Shown here in pieces: positions 1-12,589 of a DNA stretch of 27,000 nucleotides (the first letter of the stretch is position 1; the number at the start of each line of letters is the position of its first letter). The position numbers and the translations under genes are program-made. Source of the stretch: Takakia lepidozioides. Taxonomy: Eukaryota; Plantae; Bryophyta. The stretch lies in contig JAKLZA010000069.1 of NCBI GenBank assembly GCA_030704615.1, positions 1 to 27,000 on the forward strand, in the 5' to 3' direction. Below the pieces are notes generated by a model, which did not search any database, was not told the DNA's origin, and saw nothing but the letters and a program-made list of their open reading frames with translations.

Positions 1-1
1 G

Positions 2-289
2 GTGTTCCTCATGCACCCTGCAGATAAAAGAAGACAAGCAGCATTGGCAGAGATCATAGGATTTCCTGGCAAGGATAAGCTCCATAACAAAGACATAGAG
101 GAGGGGTACCTCAAGGTTAATGTCAAGAGAGTTTTACTTCCAAATGTGAATTTTCCTGTTCCAAATACAACCGATCATCCTCCTCAAATCCTCCTGAAAC
201 ATGTGAGGGATGGATTTAGGGTACGGCCTGAGAAGAGCGTGAAGAGATGTCCGCCCCTGGCACCAGCTGACGTGACTAACATGGACTAG
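2..289 (+). pseudogene. Fragment resembling the C-terminal Tnp1/En-Spm-like domain of CACTA accessory proteins (5' end outside window)
   Basis: LHNKDIEEGYLKVNVKRVLLPNVNFPVP...LKHVRDGFRVRP resembles the remembered pattern 'lHg..l..g..kV.V..v..p...lP.P....l.d..g....WP' (W replaced by R). Pattern recall only. Confidence 0.35.
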
Positions 290-342
290 TTGATACCTCT
301 GTTACAGGTCTGGGACTTGGATTGTGTGGACAGCTTCAAGAT

Positions 343-425
343 GGGGAGGTTTACTATTTCATGAGCAGAAACCATGAGCCATGAGCCATGAGCCGAAGTC
401 TAAGATACGCGGATTTCATGAGCGG
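343..425 (+). repeat. Left terminal inverted repeat with CATGAGC 7-mer subterminal repeats
   Basis: CTATTTCATGAGC (354-366) followed by CCATGAGCCATGAGCCATGAGCC; inverse of 14883-14966. Confidence 0.8.
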
Positions 426-1170
426 ACTCCTCCAAATTTGGAAATGCGGCAGATTAAACAAGTATTAAAATAATAGTTTTTTATTTGACCTTGCCGTTTT
501 TGGACGTTCCAGATCATGTAATGCGGCGAAGATATGTCGTCAGTAACAAGTCCGCTCATGGTTTTATAGATCCGCTCATGGAAATAAGTGACCGTGCAAC
601 GGGAAATCCAGTATACCACTGCAAAAGGACGTCGCATACTGGCCTGTATAGAGTATTCCGCGGTTTTACATGCCTTAACATTGGAATGAAGCTGACCCTT
701 TTGCCGCGATTGAACCAATGGAGTCTGCACCAATACAGTCTGCAGTACTTCACAATTCTGTCTTCTTCGGGTATTCGGCGGGAAAGGTTTGCAACTGAAC
801 TGGGAAATAGGGTGCCGCATTAGGGTTCGCACGTGCGAAATTTCGGAGCGGTTTGGTGTTGGCGAAGGCCGCCTCTGGGGGTACCTACGACGATACTTGG
901 AAATTCGGCGCCGCATTTCCTTGTCGGAGGTCGAATGAGGAAGCAAGTTTTCGGAAAGCAGAAAAACATGAACCCTCCAACATACAAAAATACATGCACG
1001 TGGAAACAAGTGAACGATATAGTAATATCTTAGTTCGATCAAAACAGGTTACTGGTAGGCAAGACATATGTCGGACCTTTCTGTGGCCAGAGTCTGAGGT
1101 ACTGGCAGCAGTACAGTTCTACTATCCGAAAAGGATGGGCGTACCATTGTATGTGGACCGCAAGCCAAGC

Positions 1171-4100
1171 TCACTGGTCCCCTGGATCCATATTCAGAAG
1201 AGTGTGAACCTCCTGGGGGCTCAACCCTGGTGCATGTATGAAGTGATGAGTTGTGGAATTACAACGGAGTCTCTTTAGGTACACGTAGTACAAATGCTTG
1301 CAAGGGCAGTATGATGCCCCCTTGTTCGCCATGATCTGGAAGTCGGTGCAATTGCAGGTGGGTAATTCTGAAATGGTGATGGTGTACACCTCATTGCGAA
1401 CAGCTGAGCCCGCCGTGGCCATCTGATACACACGCCCGAATCCTGGTGGGGGCACTTCTGTCGAGCTCTGGATTGTACAGTTCATCCGAAGTGCATTCCC
1501 CATCCTTGTCTCGTTCACTTTTGAGGGAGGTCGCCGCCTCTTCGGTTTCCCCCAACGGTGTGTAGGATGCTTAGAGCTGTCGTGTCCCATTGTTCTTGCT
1601 CTCACAGGGGTCGGTGGTGGAGGCTGTGGAAGCGGAAATGGTTGTCTGGGGACGTCAGTGCGCTGCACCATCCGAAATCCTGCGGCGGTAAGGGCGTCGG
1701 CCTCAACCTGACTCAGATCGCAGCCTGGTTCCACCGGCCACACCGGGGGAGCCTCTGGCATTGTTTGTATGCCGTACTTGGGCTTTCCATACACGCAAGT
1801 CATAATGTCGTGCCTGCAGAACCAGAACTGGGTGGTTGTCGCCTCCGCAAACTTTGCATGGACAAATCTTCCTGTAAAAGTAGGAGCAGGGACAGCCCCA
1901 TCTGGATTCCTCCTTATCATCTCTAAACAACGTTGCCGTGTATCCACACGAATTGCGGAACACCTTCCTCGAAACGACGGCTTTGTGCGAGCAATTCTCC
2001 ACTGTGATGCAGACACAGTCGTCTCCACAATGGCTTGGCCATACTGCATAACAGCGGGCGGAATGTGGGGCAAGGGAGCGGTGGGAATTTGTTGCACGAA
2101 ATCCCCGGTTGAAGGCGACGGCGATCTGGAATTTCTTGGGCTTCCACTGCTGGAAGACACATTGTGCGGCAACATGACGGGACCTCGAGGTGCTGTCCGA
2201 ATGTTCCTGTCGGATCTCCAGGAATCCTCTTCGCACCCGGGTTCCTCTTCAATCCTCCGCCTGACAGGGCGAGTCCGGACGTCCCCCTCTAGGTGTTCAC
2301 CTCTGCGGTGCAGAGGCGTCCCTTTGATCTTCTCTCGCAATGCTGTCGCCCATTTCACTGGATTCTTGGACCTCGAAGCTGTTCGTACCAACAATTCCTC
2401 CCTGTCCGGCCCAAAGCCCCATTGTTTGCCGCTCAGGAACTTGTAGTACGTGGCTTGCTGCATGATTGCTCTGTCGATGTCCTCCGTTGTGGCCGTCACT
2501 ACGTCCACCAGATGTGCGGCAGAAGACGCTCGCCAGGAGGAGTGGACCGATTCTGCCATATTCGTGTTCGGCATGTCCGTGTCGGAATCCAAGCACCGCT
2601 CCTAGAAGGACACAAACAATGGTGAGGGACCAATCGAAATGTCCGTAACAGAAAGACAAATGAACGAAATGACAGCAGCCTACCTCCCGCATGTACTGTC
2701 CGAACTGTCGATACCGAAAATGCCACCACCCCAACCAGCTGTGCAATGCTCCCAGATTGGTTGTCTCCACTGCACCTGACGTGTTCCACCAAGCCTCGAT
2801 GATAGCAAACTTAACCTCCGCGTCATCAAATGTGGGTGCATCCTTCCACGCCGTACAAAGGACACGGTGTTCAGCCTGGAATGAGCTAGCAACAAATTTG
2901 GTAGTGTAGTGGGATAGACTCTGCATCCAATGGAATCCACAGGATCTCTCTTTCCCCTCCATTGGAACATTGGGGTCCTCACCGTACACACGCCGCACCG
3001 CTGCCCAGTTGGCCTGAGCGTTGTCTGCCATGAATCCCCTGAAATTGGGCTCTGGCAATCCCGCCCTTGCCATCTGCTCGTTTATGCCCTCCCACAGATG
3101 CATCTCGGACTGTGTGTCCTCCCCTTTCATCTCGCAGATTGCAATCGTCATGAGCCTCTTGGAGTGATAGTCATAAACATGCGCACCCATAGTCACCCAC
3201 TGATGGTTTGTAATTCGCTTGATGTGATCAAACATCACCCAAGCATTCGACAAGTTTCCAGTTGTCATGCGAGTGACCAAGTCGACTCCACTCCCAGGCC
3301 CACACGTCGACATTTTGAAAATGTAACAACGATCGGATTCGCTGCCTTGCCCTGGAAACCTGCTACCTTGGATGTAGTCATATCCAGTCATTCGTTTCAC
3401 CTCCAGGATTGAGTACATGTCCGACCCCCTGCCGAACTCCTGCTTGCAAGATACGATGTGATTCCGCACATTCGGACTACAAACGTGCGAGACGGACTCC
3501 AAGAGGTCACGCATCTCGTCTTCGGTCAAGGGCTCTCGGTCGGAACCATCTTCAGACATGATTTTGCCAAGAGCAATCTTGTGGGCTGCCTTCAGCTGAA
3601 TCTGCTTTGGTCTGGCTCCGGGGCTCAATTTCACCTCCTCTTTTATGATGTCGTGTGCTTCCTGCACAGCCTCACGCATGTTGCCTCTCGCCAAGGGGTG
3701 GCAGTGGACCCCAACGTGTATGCAAGCTCTAGTCAAGTCCGGGAGCAAATGGATAACGTAATATTGCTTGGCTCTGCACATGGACATGCACGTCGGTGGT
3801 TCTTTGCAATGTGCACACTTGAAAGAACCCGCAGGAGCTTGGCTGGAGACAATGAATGGATGATGCGTTGTGCCAGTCCAATCCGTCTCGTTTCTCCGCC
3901 CTCCTTTGGAGAGAAAGTGGAAGCAGGTGGGATTGAGGCACCTCAGCTTCCCCGCACAGAGGACATATCGTACACGAACACCATCAGCAATTTTCGTGCT
4001 ACTGGTCTTCGTCACACACCAGGGGTGTCCGTCATGCTTTCGATCCATGTCTGTTAACATCCCGGAGGCTTTCTTTGACGAAGAAACAGGTGGAAACTCG

Positions 4101-4777
4101 AAGATGACATTGCCATCGACTTCGGGAGGCAGAAACGTTACCTTTCTGACTGGGAATTTGGCATAGTCGAGAGCAGCCAGCTCGGAGCGAGAACCATCGA
4201 GGTGATGTTGTCGTAGGAGCTGCACAATGGACCGGGTTGGAGTTATGCTCGAGGGCACATGCGTAGCACCTACAGAGACGTCCATGCCGGATTTGAACGA
4301 CCGTGTGGAGGACATGGGTACCTCAATGCAATCATCTTCCTCGTCGGAAATGTCGAATACGTCCACACGAGAAGCTATGGAGGGTCTTGACGGTCCAGGT
4401 CGGGAATGATTATCGTTGCATACCTCTCTGTTGGCAGTGGCCGCCTCTCGGTTTCCGGACTCCTTTGTGGATGGTGTGGGCAGCGACTGATTCGGAAAGG
4501 GAATGGGCATTCCCACAGCTCGGTACAGGATGGTGTCTGACGGGGGAACGTGCCATTCGATTCCGCAACCTCCGTCGTTACCTAGCACGACAATGGTCTC
4601 GTCAACCTGTCCAGGAACATCCTTCCTTTCTTCTTCCAAATAAACTGTGCCCGGTTTGAGCTTGAATTTGGAACAAAGGTAAGTTTCAGTCACTCTGCAA
4701 AGTCCTCCCTCGTTTGGGATCCAGGCTCTCCCAAGTTGCGGAGGACAGCAAACTATAGCGTAGGAATTCGGAGCCAT
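1171..4777 (-). CDS. MULE-family DDE transposase with GCM-like N-terminal Zn/DNA-binding domain and C-terminal SWIM finger; 2 exons (4777-2684, 2601-1171), ~1174 aa
   Basis: GCM-like W..T.S...R...CAGKLRC.N..C...CAHC...C...GVHCHP; catalytic-type motifs WVMFDH, FMADNAQA, CGFH, TNMAES; SWIM CNC...CPCKH. An 82-bp GT-AG intron (2683-2602) joins the 894-aa and 473-aa ORFs in phase (YMRE|ERCLDSD). An in-frame upstream ATG at 4981 is an alternative start. Confidence 0.88.
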
Positions 4778-5194
4778 CGAACACCGCACGGAGTTGGCAA
4801 GTGCGAGGTTCAGTATAGCGACAGACCAAGGCTCACAGGCACCATGCGGAGTCCATCGACGATTGGAAGTCGCACATTGAAGTGGAAAGTATTGTTTCAA
4901 GCTACATGCATGAAGGTGGGAGGTTTGATTCCATAGCCAGTGAGTATGACAATGATGGCCGATTCGGCGACGAAATAACATCTCCTGACAGTTTCTCCTG
5001 AGGGTGGATCCAGCAGTATTCTCGGTGCAGACAGGAACGTTCGCACTGACAAGTGCCAGGACTGCTGGTTAAAACGGTCAGACAACCAAGTTGTGCTCAT
5101 CAAGACTGGCCGCAATTGTGTTGTTTCGGAACAATGCAACCCATTCAGGTTCCAGATTTCCCGTCCCGAGTGATTCTTTCGATTGCTGGTGGAC

Positions 5195-6900
5195 GGAAAT
5201 ACGGCGCCGCATTTCCGTATTGCATCTTGGTCATGCACCAGAGCGACGGAAATGCGGCACCGAGTTTCCGTCCGGGGGAAACCTTTATACTCTCCAGAAC
5301 GGAAATGCGGTAACGCATTTCCATCCAGCAAGCACGGTATGTGAAGGTGGAACGGAAATGCGGTACCGCATTTCCGTTCTGATTGAGATTATGAACAACG
5401 GGAACAGAAATGCGGCACCGCATTTCCGTCCGAGTCGCACTTTTCCGACATTCCAGAACGGAAATGCGGCGCCGCATTTCCATTTTGTATCTGATGCATG
5501 GAGCTGAGGGATAGAAATGCTGCAGCACATTTCCGTCCTTAAAAGACATTCATACTCTCCAGAACGGAAATGCGGTACCGCATTTTCATTCAACAAGCAC
5601 GGTATGTGAAGGTGGAACGGAAATGCGGTACCGCATTTCCGTTCTGATTGAGATTTATGAACAACGGGAACAGAAATGCGGCACCGCATTTCCGTCCGAG
5701 TCGCACTTTTCGACATTCCAGAACGGAAATGCGGCGCCGCATTTCCATTTTGTATCTGATGCATGGAGCCGAGTGCGATTCCGACAGCTTCATACAGCGC
5801 AATTCCGACCGCTTGAGACATTCATACTATCCAGAACGGAAATGCGGCAACGCATTTCCGTTCTGACTGAAAATCGTGAACCATCTGAACTAAATGCGGC
5901 ACCGTATTTCCATCCGAGTCGCACCTACCAACATTCCAGAACGGAAATGCGGTACCGCATTTCCGTTCTGACTGAAAATCGTGAACCATCGGAACTGAAA
6001 TGCGGCAACGCATTTCCATCCGAGTCGCACCTCCCAACATTCCAGAACGGAATGTATTAGATTCAAAAGGGAAATGCGGCACCGCATTTCCGTTCTGATG
6101 AAATATCCTGAAACCTCGGAACTGAAATGCGGTACCGCATTTCCGTCGGAGTCGCACCTTCCGACATTCCAAAACGGAAATGCGGCGCCGCATTTCCGTT
6201 TTGTATGTGAGGCATGGAGCTGTGGAACGAAAATGCGGCACGGCATTTCCGCCAGCGTCAGACGTTAATACTCTACAGAACGGAAATGCGGTACCGCATT
6301 TCCATTCTGACTGAAAATCGTGCGCAACGGGAACAGAAATGCGGCACCGCATTTCCGTTCGAGTCGCACCTTCCGACATTCTAGAACGGAAATGCGGCGC
6401 CGCATTTCCGTTTTGTATATTGGGCCTGGAGCTGTGCTACGAAAATGTGTAGCCGCATTTCCATCCATGTGAGACCTTCAAACTTTCCGGACCGGAAATG
6501 CGGCACCGCATTTCTGTCCAGGTGAGACCTCTATACTTTCCCGAACGGAAATGTGGCACGGCATTTCCATTCATCATAACGGATGTGAAGTGGGAACGGA
6601 AATGCGGTACCGCATTTCCGTTCACATTGAAAATCATGAACCACGGGAACTGAAATGTTGTGCCTCATTCCCGTCCCAATCGCACCTTTCGACATTCCAG
6701 AACGGAAATGCGGCGCCGCATTTCCCTTTTGAATCTCATACATGGAGCTGTGGGACGGAAATGCGGCACCGTATTTCCGTTCAACAACTAAGGTATGTGA
6801 AGGTGGAACGGAAATGCGGTGCCGCATTTTCTTCCAACAAGTACGGATGTGTAGCTTCGTGATGGTACTTAACGGAAATGCGGCGCCGCATTCGCATTTT
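5195..6900. repeat. Array of ~30 palindromes GGAAATGCGG(CG/TA/CA/TG)CCGCATTTCC at ~53-bp period, with ~263-273 bp higher-order duplications
   Basis: Copies start at 5195, 5248, 5301, 5354, 5406, 5460 and continue to ~6873. Inter-repeat sequences recur (e.g. AAGCACGGTATGTGAAGGTGGAAC at ~5330 and ~5595). Confidence 0.95.
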
Positions 6901-7330
6901 CGCTCCAACTCATCAGACGCTGGGACGGAAATACCTTGAAATGTGAACACGTGGAGCAACGGAATTGCTGCACATGTCGGCACTCTATCTGACTGAAGGG
7001 GCATGAGGCGGCGCGGCCTGACCGTTGGATAATGATGTTTGTTTTTCGGACGGCAGGCGTACCCTCAACGATTCGAATTTCGTAATGACGCAAACTCCAC
7101 GAGGAGACACTTTCGTCCAACCCTTTCGAACCCAAGTGGTGCATCACCGCCGTTTCATCTACTTTTGTCGTGTCTCCTCAGTCACCCCTCTCGCGCCCTT
7201 TCCATCTGCACTCTTTGCCCCTTTTCCTCTCTCTGTTCTTCTTATGCTCGAACCTGAGAGGGGGGGAGTTCGTGCACCAGACAGGAGACCTCGTCGCAAG
7301 CTCCGGAAATTATACTTCGGACGTAGGCCA

Positions 7331-10300
7331 ATGCCGAAGGGGAGGAAGCAGATGCGTCTACAGGAGGAGATTGCCATCTCCGAGCAGCAGGCCACTCAGG
7401 CAACCCAGCCACCAGTGAGAGCTCCATGCGATCGGGCTGCGCGCAGCTGATCGAGCACCGAACCCCCCATTTTGCTTCTGTAATTCTTAGACTGAATGCT
7501 AGGAGACTTGAATGCAGAACATGTTTGCATGCCTAACAGGAAAGGTGGACGTGCTGGAGGGATCGCAGGAATCCGAAGAGCCGCAGGAAGAGTCCGAGGA
7601 GCTAGCTGCAGCACGTACACCCACCCGATCCCCGAGCGCGGGTATTCCTGCCGGGCCTAGCCCTCTGCGATTCAAAGACGCGTCTTCGAAGGGCAAGTTC
7701 AAAGTCCCAGAGATCGACTCGCGTTCTTCGGTCATGGAGAATCGCCAGCAGGGGTCGGGCCCTTCTCCAGCAAAGTCGAAGAAGAAGCAGCCCGTCCCTC
7801 TACTGGCTTCTGAACCGGCTCAGGCCGATTCACCCCCCCCAACGCGAATGAAGCAGCAGGGTAGAAGACAGATTCAATTGCAGCAGACACCTTCACCTGC
7901 AAGGATGAGGAAGCAGAAGGCAATCAGGGCGACGGGCGAACAATCTCCCGCAAAACCGCTTCCACGAGCTGAAGCTCAGTTCCTGGAGGATTTCCCGCCT
8001 GCAGATGTTGGGGCCGACTCTGCTGCAGCGAAGGCAATGGGATCGACCGTTGATCTCGATTTGGTACCGGAGGAGGGTGCTGCCGCTCAACGTTCGCAGC
8101 AAGACCTCACCACCGATGAGCAAGCAGGCCCGGAGGAGGCCTCTGCAATGGCAGAATTGCCCGCAGACAGGCCCCAGAGTGCAGCTCCAGTTGAGGATGC
8201 TCCAGCTGCTCAGCCACTACCGGCACCTACAGACATGTCTCCGGAGGATTTCAAAAGTGCAGCGGATAAAATGTTGGAGGAGACACACAGTAGCATTGGC
8301 AGAGTTCTGGGCAGCAGGGTATTCCAGCGGACTCTTCGAATCCCACTCTGTCGCATGGTCTCCCTTCCCATCGTCAGGCAGGCCCTTCCCGGAGATGTGG
8401 ATAAGCTCAAGTTCGCATTTCGAGAAGGGTACCGTCTGGGATCGGCAGCGTTTTACGTTTCCATTGAGAATGAGGACGGCGAAACTCGTGGACCCACTGC
8501 CGATGAATTGTCAACGTGGGATACCCACTGGCACACTCGCAACCACGAATTCGAGGCGACGCTGAAGGGTGATCCCGACTTCGGCCATATGTCGGGTAAA
8601 ATGTTCTTTGTGTGGGACGGGAATCACCGACTTCTCGCCTGGTGGGAGTACATCAAGCAGAACCATGCCAAGCACATTGGCTGGCATTACATGGTGGAGT
8701 GTGTCATCCTCAAGGTGAAGGCGGCAGACTCCTCCCTGCTCAAGAATGCCATGGCGGACCTCAACTCGTAAGATACTCATACCCTCCCTAGCACGTTCGA
8801 AATGCGGTGCCGCATTTCGGTTTCCATTCTGGTTTGTTTCCGTGCTTCCGTGTACTGAACTGGAGAGTGTGCCTTGCAGGGTCACTGAGAATGCGTACGT
8901 GCATACCCACATGGCACATATGCTGTACAGGGTGAGGAAAACTGGTCTCACTGATCCGCAGATGTTTGCGGAAATGCTGGAGCCCGAGCTCATTCAGAAA
9001 GCCGTTGCAAAAACAGACCGGACATGGTATCGTCTCACTATGGATGGAATGGTGGAGGTGATATACGAAGTAAGTCGTCCTCCAATTTCCCTCTGCTCAT
9101 CCTTCCCCAATTTTCAGTAATGTTTCCACATGAATCGAATGTAACGCTTCTGCATGTTTTTGTTGGCAGTCAAACATCAAGCTGGATTTGGCCCATGCCA
9201 AACGCTTCTTCATGGAAAGTGAGGGGCAGGTCAAAACGTTGCAGTCATTGACTGAGCACTTGAAGGAAGCCGGTGTCAAGTCCAGAACCAAATACAAGTC
9301 AAAGCTTGTGAAGCTGGTGGCAATTGCAGATCCGGCACTTGGAAAGGACTTCATCCCCGAGATTGCAAAACACTATTCTCGGGCCATGCAGCCGACCATG
9401 CAATTGGAGAAACTGCATCACCTCTCAACGGCATGTGTGGAGGCGAAAGAGAAGGTGAGGTTTCAATGCACTGAAGTTCCTTCCTAGCAATAGCCACTCT
9501 CTTCCAGCTCCTGACATTGGATCGGAAATGGCAGACACGGTGGCTGTCGATCTGGAATGCATCCGAGAGCATAAGGACAATGTGGTCTTTTCCACTCGAA
9601 GTTTCCGACCCTGCAGTGGATGTGTGGCTCAACCGCATGACTTGGTGGTTCCAGGTAATTCAAGGTACTTCCCCAGATTTGCTTTTCTGACATGAATTCC
9701 CTGAACTGCTACGTGACAATGCATTTGGGAATCGCAGGTAATGTCGAATGCGAAGGAGCAAGTCGTAATGCACACAAATTCGTTCGGCTTGTACGTCAAA
9801 TGGGATGGAACACAGACATTGGAAGACTACGTGACACGTTTCAGATGTGCGTACAAGGACAACCTTTTCGCCAGAGAGCTACAGACAGCAAGAAGGAGCG
9901 TGGAGTTTACACATCAGGAGGGAGCGGGGAAAGCTGCAATGCGAATTGTTTACAGGTGAAGCACAGCTGCCCTTGTATGCGAAGCCTGGTTACGAGGTTT
10001 GTCTCGGAAATGCGGCACCGCATTCGCATTTTATGTTTTCGGTGGCACTCTGCCAGTAGGTTGGTCTCAACTTTTGCTCACGCATGCTGACTGCCTTGCA
10101 GGTATATGAAATACGTGCTCCTTCAGACAGGGGCCCTGGCTCAAGAGCCCCCGTTCTTCATGGCTTGGACCGTGGCGGGCCCAAGCTGTGTCTACACACC
10201 CGAGATGCAGAAACAATGGCATCCCGCGCATCTCGTTGGATGCCCGTGGTACCTGGACATGTCTGGCGGTATTGTTGACGAGTCTGAGAAAGATCTGCAC

Positions 10301-12455
10301 GCCTTGGCAGAAGAGAAGAGAAAGGAAAGACGTGTCCCTGCTGGGCCAAAGTCGGCAAAGGAATCTGCTGCTCTGGAAGAATCCAGAAAGGCAGCTGAGA
10401 TGGCACAAAAGACGGTGGATGCAGCTGTGCAGGCCCAACAGAAGGGGTCGAAGAAGAGGACTCGCCAGCAAGGAGCAGCTGTTGTGACACCCGCCAAAAC
10501 GAAGAAGCAGAAACAGCCTGTTCAGGAAGAGGGTGAGGAAGAGGACTCCGATGGAGACTTTGCAACCAGCCCACCCCCCCAAACGCAGGCTGCCTCCCCT
10601 GTGCCCACCGTTGTCACGAGAGGCACGAGAACTGGCTCGGCAAAGAAGGCACTCTTCAACCCCCCAGGGGGGCACCCTTTCGAGCCGGTGGAAATGAAGA
10701 GGCCGAAAGTGGCTCCCGAAACTGTAGTCCAGTGTGTAAATGAGAGTTTCTTGGCGGCTTTGGATGGACGGGCAGCCAAGTTGGCATACATGAAGACCAT
10801 GGAGGGTCTGAAGGGCAGAGCACTGAAGAAGGCGACTGCCGAAGAGCCTTCCGACACCCCAGGATTTCAGAATATGGTCTCGTTCTTTGAGAGGGTGTGT
10901 GCAGACAAGGATTGTAGGAGGGGCGGAAATGCCACCGAGTGGTCTTGCGATATGATCATCTTGGATATTCCGGACGGAGAGCCTGTGGAAGGACTGCAAG
11001 CTTTGCCATCTTGGAACAGGTACTCGGAGGACTTTTGGAAGAAAGGATTCGGGCTTGCCCGCATGGTGTTGGACGACAGAGGCTGTGTGGTTGTCCTGGC
11101 GAGCAGAGGAAAAAACACTCAGACAGGAATTGCGAAGTGGACCCGCAAGAGCGCCGTCCCGATTCTGAAAAAGAAGTGGACGTGCATCAACACACTGGGC
11201 CTTCGGTCGGAAGGGAAGAAGGTGATTACGACACTGGCACTCGTCCATTCATTTGCTTGGGTGTTTTCAAATGCGGTGCCGCATTCGGTTTCTAATCGTT
11301 TTCCCCCTGTGTATGCAGACGAAGCAGTTCGATGCATACTGCTTTGTGAAGGAGAACTCCACCTTTGCTTTCCGGAAGGAGGGAGGAAAGGTTGACCCGA
11401 ACTGCGACCCACTCGATTACGACGTTCTGTTCAACAACGTTCCCAAGGAACTTCTCCCTCATAGCCTCACTTCAACGGAACCCCTGCGGTACTCACGGAC
11501 TCGGAGCCCTGCCTTCATTCAGACAATTATGGAGACATGCACAGACGTGGAGGGCACAGTGCTCGACCTCATCTGTGGGACAGGTATGCAGAATCTTGAT
11601 CTCTGCTGTTCTGCAAATTCTCGTTAGGATGTAGTTCGCAACATCTGAAGCGCCATGTGGTAATGTGTGGATGGCATTGTAACAGGTGCCTCAATGTGGG
11701 CTGGGCGGTTTTCCGACCGGCACCTCTTTGCCTACGAGGAGGATTCATCCGTGTGGGGATCCCATCTGGAGGGGCTGCAACGGAATGTGAAGGCTCCCGA
11801 CAGAGCGGAAGTCTCCTCGGATTCGTCGGAGTCCGAGGAAGACACAGTGGACATTGATGCGGAGGAGAACCCGGAATACGAGTGAGTGCAAACATTGTAA
11901 GTTTGCAAAGCCTTCTGGGTCATTTATGTCAAACGAATTTCCCGACTGTGGTTCTCATTAGTCTCGTTGATGATTGTCATGTGCAGGATTGCAGGGTCCG
12001 GGTCGAAACATGTAGGGCCTACACTTCCTGCCAGGAAGAATGTCCCGTTCTTTGCGAGGGCCGACTTCATGACGAGCCCGGTGAGGGACTACTCCCTTCC
12101 TAGTTATGCAGCTAAACTCGCAAATACAGCGATTAGAAGAAGTGAGAATCCCAGTAAAGTAGAGCAGATTTTGGAGAGGGCTAGGGAGGACAGAAGGATA
12201 AGGAAAGAGTTGGCAGCAGCTCAGACAGGTAGACGGGTACGAAAGTACATATGTGATTCAGCGGATGAGAGCGACGCAGACAGGGAGGAAGACGACCCAA
12301 CGGAGGTGAGATGGACAGTTCCGCAAGGGGAAGATGGGATTTTCGAAAGCCTGGCCAACGAGCAGTCCGCTGGAGATGAGAGAGGCACTGAGGGGGTGGA
12401 GGAGGAGCAGGACAGTCTAGAACAGGATGAGGATTCGGATGATTTTCAAGATTAA
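7331..12455 (+). CDS. Spliced ~1407-aa protein: disordered N-terminus, ParB/Srx-like domain, beta-class N6-adenine/N4-cytosine DNA methyltransferase-like domain, acidic tail
   Basis: Phase-consistent GT-AG exons: 7331-7414, 7518-8767, 8880-9069, 9170-9454, 9508(or 9535)-9654, 9738-9955, 10102-11221, 11319-11583, 11686-11881, 11987-12455 (4224 nt). Motifs FFVWDGNHRLLAW (DGNHR at 8616-8630), DMIILDIPDG (motif IV-like, DIPD at 10964-10975), RSPAFIQTIMETCT and VLDLICGTG|ASMWAGRFSDRHLFAYEED (motifs X-I-II, spliced across intron 8). Confidence 0.8.
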
Positions 12456-12589
12456 TAGAATTTTAATGAAGTCTCTGTAAATGTAAATTCTCTTCCAGAG
12501 TATATAAAGGAAATTCTGCCCGACATTCGTGACCCCTCTCCAGTGTGCATTCCAGCCACACAATCGCCCAAACCACGACGCTCCCAAAA

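Noticed and set aside
330-345. 8-10 bp target-site duplication for the MULE
   Set aside because: Left flank CTTCAAGAT matches neither ACACACTAG after 14966 nor the sequence after 26706.
5195-6900. CRISPR array (palindromic repeats with ~31-bp spacers)
   Set aside because: Spacers are recurrent paralogues in higher-order duplications, repeats are degenerate, there are no cas genes, and the context is eukaryotic.
4897-7004. Many overlapping ORFs with EMRCRIS / GNAAPHF / KCGTAFP peptides
   Set aside because: These are translations of the palindromic repeat on both strands, not credible genes.
10067-11248. 393-aa minus-strand ORF and similar antisense ORFs over the transposase and pol
   Set aside because: Shadow frames of real coding exons with no recognisable motifs.
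7512-11885. Bacterial restriction-modification or parABS locus, or contamination
   Set aside because: The gene has nine phase-consistent spliceosomal introns and lies within TIRs; no ParA or restriction nuclease gene is visible.
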